Positions 7,354 to 13,370 of a DNA stretch of 26,499 nt are shown here, one piece after another. Numbering within the stretch: the stretch's first letter is position 1; every line of letters starts with the position of its first letter. The stretch is from the NCBI GenBank assembly GCA_016838795.1, contig JAEHKQ010000073.1:1-26499 (forward strand), written 5' to 3'. The translations under genes and the position numbers were made by a program. The DNA comes from Nitrosopumilales archaeon. GTDB lineage: Archaea > Thermoproteota > Nitrososphaeria > Nitrososphaerales > Nitrosopumilaceae. The notes beneath the pieces were generated by a model. It saw only the letters and a program-made list of their open reading frames with translations, made no database searches and had not been told where the DNA came from.

Positions 7354-7956
7354 TTAGGGTTCGGTCACATTTACAGAATATGCTTTCACAAATTCCCTTT
7401 GATAATCTATTAACCCATCAGATGGGAAATGCGATAAATCATCTGTGTGTGGAAGACCTACTGATTTTACAAAAAACACAAACCTGCCTGGTTCTTCTGG
7501 AGTTACTTTTAGTCCAAGATGATAAGTTGCATTTGATTCCCACGGTCTGCCATAAGCTTCGATGGCTGGGTACTGAGCAGTTATTGTATCGTCAGAACTC
7601 GCATAATCATAATGAATTTCATCACCGACTTGAATTAAAAAAGGTGACTGGGGAAAATCATATTTTGTTATTTGAACAAAACCTTCCGTCTGAGTTAGAT
7701 TTAGAAACGCTACCGATACTGTCTGGTGGTCAGCAGAATCTCCAGTATTTGTTGCAGTAATTTCGATATCAAAAGAGTTTCCAAAGTGGATCATTGATTC
7801 TGAAATCTTTACTTCCGAAAGAAAAGGGATTGGTCTTGGTATTTTCAATGATTGGTAGAAATCTGGCAGATAGAAAACTGACAAAGCAAAATAAAATGTT
7901 AAAGAGGCAACGATGGCAACGGCAATTATAATAGTTTTATTGCTGGCAGTTATCAT
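7354..7956 (-). CDS. Membrane-anchored exported beta-sandwich (Ig/CARDB-like) protein
   Basis: N-terminal TM/signal (IIIAVAIVASLTFYFALSVF); alternating beta-strand patterns (FDIEITATNTG, YHLGLKVTPEEPGRFVFFVKS). Ends 36 bp upstream of the 396-aa gene on the same strand. Confidence 0.7.
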   Translation of the reverse strand: MITASNKTIIIAVAIVASLTFYFALSVFYLPDFYQSLKIPRPIPFLSEVKISESMIHFGNSFDIEITATNTGDSADHQTVSVAFLNLTQTEGFVQITKYDFPQSPFLIQVGDEIHYDYASSDDTITAQYPAIEAYGRPWESNATYHLGLKVTPEEPGRFVFFVKSVGLPHTDDLSHFPSDGLIDYQREFVKAYSVNVTEP

Positions 7957-7991
7957 TTCACGATAAAAGAATCAAGGCAAACAACTATTAT

Positions 7992-8009
7992 TTGTAATTT
8001 TTATTACAA
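7992..8009. promoter_or_regulatory. Perfect inverted repeat TTGTAAT-TTTT-ATTACAA upstream of 7956(-); possible operator
   Basis: 7-bp arms, 4-nt spacer, 36-53 nt upstream of the start codon. Confidence 0.35.
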
Positions 8010-8129
8010 TTTATCAAGGTGGCATCGTAGCCACAGGATCTGGGTCCAGCAAGGTTCCGATTAAGAATCTATTTAAACTTTGAGCAATGTTATCAGAAAA
8101 TGTAGGAAATTATAATCAACTTTAGAATC

Positions 8130-9149
8130 ATGAGTATGGTTGACTTGATTTTCTTTACAAGTCCTATAGGTCTTGGTCATGCTACAAGAGATGTTGCTAT
8201 TTCACAAAATCTTGATGACGTTTCTAAAAAATTTGTGAGTGGTAAAGGAGCTTCTGAACTTCTTTCAGCGTATGGATTTGATACAAAGGACGTTTACGAT
8301 CCACCCCTTTTTGACGTTGAAAAGGGATCACTTCAAAGGCCGTTAAAATGGTTGCTCAAATACTATCAATATTATAAAGAATGTAAAAGGATTTCAAAGC
8401 AAATACTAGAGAACGAAAGGCCACGCATGGTCGTAAGTGATGAGGATTTTGCATCATTGAGTGTAGCTCAAGGAAAAAAACTAAAAACAATTCTAATTAC
8501 AGATGTCTTACAAACAAAATTCACGACTGGACTTGCTTCTCTAGTCGAAAAAAAGATGAATCGTTCTATGAAGGATATAATGAAAAGATGTGATTATGTA
8601 ATACTTCCAGAAAGAGGGCCGAACGAGGACAACATAATTAGAGCTGGTCCTATTGTCAGACCGACTAACCATTCAAGAAATGAGCTTCGAAGATTGTTTT
8701 CATTTGATAAAAAAACCATAGTTGTAAGCATTGGCGGAACTGATGCAGGCAAATTTTTAATTGAAAAAACAATTGAAGCTTTTAAGAAATTGAAAACTGA
8801 CGTAGATTTAGTTGTAGTCGCAGGTCCATCGTTTCAAATTCGGAGCGACAATGTTCGAAATCTTGGGTTTGTGAACAATTTGCATGAGGTAATCTATGCT
8901 TCAGACCTTATAATTTCACTTGCGGGAAAATCTACGATAGACGAATCAAAAGCATATGGAACACCTGGCATTTTTATTCCCATAAAAGGTCATTTTGAAC
9001 AAGAGGATAACGCAAAAGAAGAAGGTTTTTCGTACAACGACATCTTTCGTTTAGATTCTTTAATATCAAACAAGTTAAACGAAAGTAGAAGAGCGGTAAC
9101 TTCGGATGGTGCAAAAAGAGCAGCTGAAATCATAAAAAACAATCTTTAA
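8130..9149 (+). CDS. GT-B fold glycosyltransferase, family 28 / MurG-like C-terminal domain
   Basis: GLGHATRD, SIGGTDAG, AGKSTIDE and GHFEQEDNA motifs. Confidence 0.85.
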   Translation: MSMVDLIFFTSPIGLGHATRDVAISQNLDDVSKKFVSGKGASELLSAYGFDTKDVYDPPLFDVEKGSLQRPLKWLLKYYQYYKECKRISKQILENERPRMVVSDEDFASLSVAQGKKLKTILITDVLQTKFTTGLASLVEKKMNRSMKDIMKRCDYVILPERGPNEDNIIRAGPIVRPTNHSRNELRRLFSFDKKTIVVSIGGTDAGKFLIEKTIEAFKKLKTDVDLVVVAGPSFQIRSDNVRNLGFVNNLHEVIYASDLIISLAGKSTIDESKAYGTPGIFIPIKGHFEQEDNAKEEGFSYNDIFRLDSLISNKLNESRRAVTSDGAKRAAEIIKNNL

Positions 9150-9179
9150 CCTTTGCCTTTTTTATTAAAAATTACGTTC

Positions 9180-9196
9180 GATACGAACTGTTAACA
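9180..9196 (+). repeat. 17-bp direct repeat GATACGAACTGTTAACA, copy 2; includes part of the dyad GTTCG-ATA-CGAAC (9176-9188)
   Basis: Exact match to 6069-6085. Confidence 0.9.
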
Positions 9197-9218
9197 TGTC
9201 AAAATTAATTGTGAACAT

Positions 9219-9226
9219 TTTATAAA
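9219..9226 (+). promoter_or_regulatory. Archaeal TATA box (TTTATAAA) for a leaderless transcript starting near ATG 9250
   Basis: Consensus TATA about 24 nt upstream of the ATG. Confidence 0.6.
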
Positions 9227-9249
9227 GTCCAAAAAAAGATCAAAACCAC

Positions 9250-9412
9250 ATGACCGATTCTGATGAGGTCGCACAAGGCCAAATGGTTAAAGAATATGTT
9301 GGCAATGCCAAGAAATTCTACGATCATTTAGAAAATTGTGAGTCCTAAATGTCACAAAAATACTCAATCTAATGGAGAATGTGAATGCTCTATCTGTGGC
9401 AATGGTTACTAA
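9250..9412 (+). pseudogene. Small Cys-rich (zinc-finger-like) gene interrupted by a frameshift at 9343-9348
   Basis: MTDSDEVAQGQMVKEYVGNAKKFYDHLENCES* (9250-9348) continues in the +1 frame as PKCHKNTQSNGECECSICGNGY* (9344-9412). The stop overlaps the convergent nadC stop. Confidence 0.6.
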
Positions 9413-10227
9413 ACCTCTAAACTAAGATCAATTCCGCGAACAGAATTTGTAATTTGACCTACTGAAATCATATCAACTCCAGCCCTAGCAAAACTTTGAA
9501 TGTTCTTTTCAGTTATTCCACCAGACGCTTCAAGCTTTACTTTATTTCTCAAACCTAATTTCTTTAACGCAATAATGGTTTTTGAGATATCTTTTGGTGT
9601 AAAGTTGTCAAGCATAATTATTGTCGCTCCAGCTTTAGTAGCAAAAATTGCATCTTTCTGATTTTCAACTTCAACCTCTACTTTCTTGTGTTTTCGTTTT
9701 GCTTTTTTCACTAATTCTTCAAGAGAACCTCCTACAGAAAGATGATTGTCCTTTAGCATGACCATTTGGTCAAGAGCCATTCTATGCTTTTCACCACCAC
9801 CAATCTTTACAGCTTCCTTATCAAAAAATCGTAATCCAGGTGCAGTTTTCCTCGTAGCAAAAAGCTTTGCTCTGAGATTAGGAATTTTTTTTACAAGATC
9901 ATTTGTTTGAGTCGCAATGCCACTCATTCTTGCAAGTAAATTTAGTGCAGTTCTTTCACATGAAAGAATTGCTTGTGGCGTCCCAACTATCTCAAGAATT
10001 GTTTGGTTTGGTTTAATTTTGGTTCCATCTTTTTTTAAAATACGAACTCTGCATCTTTTTAATACAAAAATCTCCTTGGCGTATTTAACGCCTGCAAGAA
10101 CAGCACTTTGTCGTGAAATTATTCTGGCCTTTATCTTCGTTCTTGGTAAGAGTGCACTGGAAATGTCTCCCTTTCCTAAATCTTCAGCTAAAAATCGTAA
10201 AAGCTCTTTTTTTGGACTAAAGTCCAA
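9409..10227 (-). CDS. nadC: Nicotinate-nucleotide pyrophosphorylase (quinolinate phosphoribosyltransferase)
   Basis: EDLGKGD, ERTALN, TRKTAPG, HR..L...VMLKDNH, EVEV, IMLDN, EASGGI and ISVG motifs. Confidence 0.97.
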   Translation of the reverse strand: MDFSPKKELLRFLAEDLGKGDISSALLPRTKIKARIISRQSAVLAGVKYAKEIFVLKRCRVRILKKDGTKIKPNQTILEIVGTPQAILSCERTALNLLARMSGIATQTNDLVKKIPNLRAKLFATRKTAPGLRFFDKEAVKIGGGEKHRMALDQMVMLKDNHLSVGGSLEELVKKAKRKHKKVEVEVENQKDAIFATKAGATIIMLDNFTPKDISKTIIALKKLGLRNKVKLEASGGITEKNIQSFARAGVDMISVGQITNSVRGIDLSLEV

Positions 10228-10228
10228 C

Positions 10229-10417
10229 TTATGTTACCCTTAGTGCGTATTTCCCTTTCTCAGTTATTCCCAAAGTTCTAGCGATTTGAGAATTTGATGG
10301 ATCAACTACAATTGCTATTCCACTCCAATCGGGTGTAAGATCTGATGATTTACAATTTGCACATACTTTTCCAACATTGACACGTTTGCATTTCCTACAT
10401 GCCATCTCTCGAACCAT
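10229..10417 (-). CDS. spt4: Transcription elongation factor Spt4 (RpoE'')
   Basis: ACRKCK...CANC, W.G, KYALRV; immediately downstream of rpoE'. Confidence 0.95.
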   Translation of the reverse strand: MVREMACRKCKRVNVGKVCANCKSSDLTPDWSGIAIVVDPSNSQIARTLGITEKGKYALRVT

Positions 10418-10418
10418 A

Positions 10419-11042
10419 TTACTTCTCCTTTACTTGTACAACCTTTTCTTGTTTTTTTGTTTTTTTGTCTGACTTTGGTTGTTTTTCTGAATCTTCAGAC
10501 TTTTTGATTTCTTCTGCAATCCATTCATCCGCACCCAAATATGGTTGCCTACACGTGATTCCAATTTTTCCCATAGTTGCTGCCTTTCCTAGTGATACAG
10601 CAGTTATTCTAGAACGAATAGTAGAACCGACTCGAAGTGTTTTACCACTTTCATTGGCAATTATCATCCCAGACTTGACGTCACTTTTCAGATATTCATC
10701 CATTACTTGAGATAAGTGTAACAATGCATCGGTTGGTCCAATTCTAACGAAAGCACCAAAGTCAGTAATGTCAACAATTTCTCCTTGAATGATTTCTTGA
10801 AGTTTTGGATAGAATGTAAGTGCGTCAAATTCAACTTTGTGGAATGTGCCACCATTTCCTGGTATCATTTTTCCCATTTCCTCTACTTTGGCATCCAAGA
10901 TCATAATGATATAGCCTAAATCTGTATTGATCATGCTTTCGTATTTTTCCTTGAGAATGTTAACAGCGGCTTTTTTTAGCGCGGTGCCAAATAAGGTAGG
11001 TGGTATCCTAACCACATCAACAAGAGTAGATATAGAAAACAA
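10419..11042 (-). CDS. rpoE1: DNA-directed RNA polymerase subunit E' (Rpo7)
   Basis: VRIPP, S1 domain (GEIVDITDFGAFVRIGPTDALLHLSQV), KIGITCRQPYLG. Start moved to TTG 11042 because the ORF-track extension to 11108 is not Rpo7-like. Confidence 0.95.
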   Translation of the reverse strand: MFSISTLVDVVRIPPTLFGTALKKAAVNILKEKYESMINTDLGYIIMILDAKVEEMGKMIPGNGGTFHKVEFDALTFYPKLQEIIQGEIVDITDFGAFVRIGPTDALLHLSQVMDEYLKSDVKSGMIIANESGKTLRVGSTIRSRITAVSLGKAATMGKIGITCRQPYLGADEWIAEEIKKSEDSEKQPKSDKKTKKQEKVVQVKEK

Positions 11043-11162
11043 CTTTGTACTCAAAATGACGGATTTGAATTTATGAATCTTTGGATAATTTTTGATAAAT
11101 TTTATCATTGAATCTGATTATTCTTCAATTATTCTCAAATTTTTGAAATTGAGCGACCTATC

Positions 11163-11170
11163 TTTAAATA
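11163..11170 (+). promoter_or_regulatory. TATA box (TTTAAATA) of the mrp gene
   Basis: 23 nt upstream of ATG 11194. Confidence 0.55.
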
Positions 11171-11193
11171 TTGTATGTCGACCTTTTTCTAGC

Positions 11194-12294
11194 ATGGTTG
11201 GTGTTGATCAAGTTCTTGAGAAACTGAGTACTGTAATTGATCCTGATTTGAAAAAGGACATCGTATCCATGGGGATGATCAAGGATTTAGAATTAAACAG
11301 TGGTGATCTTAAATTTACACTCGAACTTACTACACCAGCATGTCCATTCAATGCTGAGATTGAAGAGGATGTTAGGAAGGTAATTGGCGAAATATCAGAC
11401 ATCAAAAACTTTGACATGAGTATTACCGCCAAGGTCATGGAAGGTCGTTCACTAGACGCTGACACTGGTATGGCCACGGTAAAAAATATTATCGGTGTCG
11501 CAAGTGGCAAAGGCGGAGTTGGAAAATCAACTGTTTCACTTAATTTAGCACTCGCATTATCTACTACTGGCGCTAAGGTCGGTCTTTTGGATGCTGACAT
11601 CTATGGGCCCACCATCCCTTTGATGCTGGGAATGAAAGATGGTTCCATGGAAGTCGTGGACAACAAACTACAACCAGCCGACTCACATGGGATCAAGGTT
11701 GTCTCTTTTGGCTTTTTTGCGCAGGAGAATCAACAAGCAGCAATTTATCGAGGACCAATAATTTCCGGAATACTAAAACAATTTTTGGTCGATACAAATT
11801 GGTCTAATTTAGATTATCTAATAGTAGATCTTCCACCAGGAACTGGAGATATTCCATTGACTCTAGCTCAAACAATTCCAATTACTGGAATACTAGTTGT
11901 AACCACTCCGCAAGAGGTTGCAAGTAATGTTGCAGTAAAAGCGGTTGGCATGTTTAACAAACTGAATGTTCCAATCATTGGTGTTGTAGAAAATATGAGT
12001 CACTTTATCTGTTCAAAGTGTGATGAAAAACATTACATCTTTGGAGAAGGTGGCGCAAAAAAGATTAGTGAACAATTCAACATACCATTCATTGGAGAAA
12101 TCCCATTACATTCTAGTATAATGTCCGGTTCCGATACTGGAAAACCAATCATTCTTACTGATCCTAATTCCGTAAGTTCCGAAGCATTTAGAAGCTCTGC
12201 AAAAAATCTTGCCGCCCAGTGTAGTATAATTGCAGCCAAATTACAAGAAGAGATTGTGGCAGAGGCACCTAGTTCATCTACTCCTGCCAACTAA
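11194..12294 (+). CDS. mrp: Mrp/NBP35 (ApbC) Fe-S cluster carrier ATPase with N-terminal DUF59-like domain
   Basis: DPDL..DIVSMG, TTPACP, SGKGGVGKST, LDADIYGP, DLPPGTGD, VTTPQ, ENMS.F.C..C. Start placed at ATG 11194 (MVGVDQ), downstream of a TATA box. Confidence 0.95.
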   Translation: MVGVDQVLEKLSTVIDPDLKKDIVSMGMIKDLELNSGDLKFTLELTTPACPFNAEIEEDVRKVIGEISDIKNFDMSITAKVMEGRSLDADTGMATVKNIIGVASGKGGVGKSTVSLNLALALSTTGAKVGLLDADIYGPTIPLMLGMKDGSMEVVDNKLQPADSHGIKVVSFGFFAQENQQAAIYRGPIISGILKQFLVDTNWSNLDYLIVDLPPGTGDIPLTLAQTIPITGILVVTTPQEVASNVAVKAVGMFNKLNVPIIGVVENMSHFICSKCDEKHYIFGEGGAKKISEQFNIPFIGEIPLHSSIMSGSDTGKPIILTDPNSVSSEAFRSSAKNLAAQCSIIAAKLQEEIVAEAPSSSTPAN

Positions 12295-12303
12295 AGATTT
12301 CTC

Positions 12304-12801
12304 GTGCGACTACCAGAAAATCTTCGCGGTCAATTAAAAATTCCATTTGGAACTTTAATTCCTGATGAAAACATCACAAAAGAAATAATTCTCAAACAAA
12401 TTCCAGATGATTCCTATCTCATAACAGTAGGTGATGCCACAACAGAAAAGATGTTAAAACTTGGAATTGTTCCTTCACTCCAAATTATTGATGCACAAGA
12501 AAAAAGAGCGAAAAGAGAAGCTCCTGAAACAAAAGAAAACACTGTCAACCTTTCTTGTACAAATCCAGCTGGAGAAATCACAGATCAAAGCATTGATACC
12601 ATTAAACAGGCCTTGAATGAGAGGCCTCCTGTTCGCATTACAGTGAACGGTGAGGAAGATCTTCTAGTGATCCCAGTTTGTATTCATGGTCCAGATAATG
12701 CGATAATCATGTATGGCCAACCAGATGAGGGCCTCGTCATTGTACGTCTTACAGAGGATCTAAGAAAGAAAACTAAATCAATCCTTGATTCCATGGTATA
12801 G
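12304..12801 (+). CDS. DUF359 family protein (archaeal GTP-dependent dephospho-CoA kinase)
   Basis: ITVGD.TT, IID...KR, NPAG.I, GEEDLL, YGQP.EG motifs. Confidence 0.85.
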   Translation: MRLPENLRGQLKIPFGTLIPDENITKEIILKQIPDDSYLITVGDATTEKMLKLGIVPSLQIIDAQEKRAKREAPETKENTVNLSCTNPAGEITDQSIDTIKQALNERPPVRITVNGEEDLLVIPVCIHGPDNAIIMYGQPDEGLVIVRLTEDLRKKTKSILDSMV

Positions 12802-12803
12802 TA

Positions 12804-12861
12804 GGGTATGATGAGACGGTGGCTGTATGATTTATGATTACCACTACTAACCTCTGACCCC
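12804..12861 (+). ncRNA. Box C/D guide sRNA
   Basis: GGG-T-[C ATGATGA 12808-14]-12-nt guide GACGGTGGCTGT-[D' ATGA 12827-30]-TTT-[C' ATGATTA 12834-40]-13-nt guide CCACTACTAACCT-[D CTGA 12854-57]-CCCC, then a T-tract. Terminal GGG/CCC stem; canonical archaeal size and spacing; intergenic. Confidence 0.8.
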
Positions 12862-12947
12862 TTTTCATCAAAAAAGAATCAAAATAAACAAAATTTGAAG
12901 TAACAATTGACATTTTAGAATAAACCCATCTTCTGGAAAAAAATAAT

Positions 12948-13310
12948 GTGAAGTTAGTTCCTGATTTAAGATTAGAAATTCTTGAAAAAGTAGGGATTTA
13001 TTCAAACCGGTTTTCAATCGCTGAACCGAAAGTTCTATTCACACCAAAGGAAGTTTTACAAGAACCAAAAGAATTGACTGAGGGAAGGAGAACAACTACC
13101 TACAAATATTTTGGAATTTCATACATGCAGAGCAATCTAATCTTCATCAATGTAAAAAAAATTCTAGATGAAAAAACTTTAGACAACACAATTGTTCATG
13201 AATTGATCCATATGCGTTTTCCATATCTAAGTCACGGGAAAAGATTCAACAAACTTGTGCGCCAAGGATTAAGAGGAAAAACTTTTTCACCATATCAAAA
13301 AAGAAAATAA
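12948..13310 (+). CDS. Small HExxH zinc metallopeptidase-like protein (SprT/WLM/YgjP-like)
   Basis: TIVHELIHMRFPYLSHGKRF (HExxH...HG..F); GTG start. Confidence 0.7.
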   Translation: MKLVPDLRLEILEKVGIYSNRFSIAEPKVLFTPKEVLQEPKELTEGRRTTTYKYFGISYMQSNLIFINVKKILDEKTLDNTIVHELIHMRFPYLSHGKRFNKLVRQGLRGKTFSPYQKRK

Positions 13311-13335
13311 AAAAGTCTCAATTTTTTGTACATGA

Positions 13336-13366
13336 TTTATATTTCCCACGAATAGGCATGCAGGTG
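13336..13366 (+). promoter_or_regulatory. TATA box (TTTATAT 13336-42) and SD-like AGGTG (13362-66) for hppA
   Basis: Consensus sequences at the expected distances from ATG 13371. Confidence 0.5.
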
Positions 13367-13370
13367 TAAA

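Noticed and set aside
8035-8058. GATCTGGGT-CCAGC-AAGG resembles the 3' half of a TPP riboswitch
   Set aside because: The CUGAGA element and the L5 loop nucleotides are missing, and no thiamine gene lies downstream.
1150-9408. Idea that 1165-9408 is an inversion that broke a nadC-nadX-nadA operon
   Set aside because: No inverted repeats at the putative breakpoints, and nadC's stop interlocks with the Cys-rich ORF stop. An insertion between convergent nadA and nadC is simpler.
11043-11193. N-terminal extensions of rpoE' and mrp in the ORF track, which overlap each other
   Set aside because: The extensions are not family-like and span a divergent promoter containing a TATA box; shorter starts were used.
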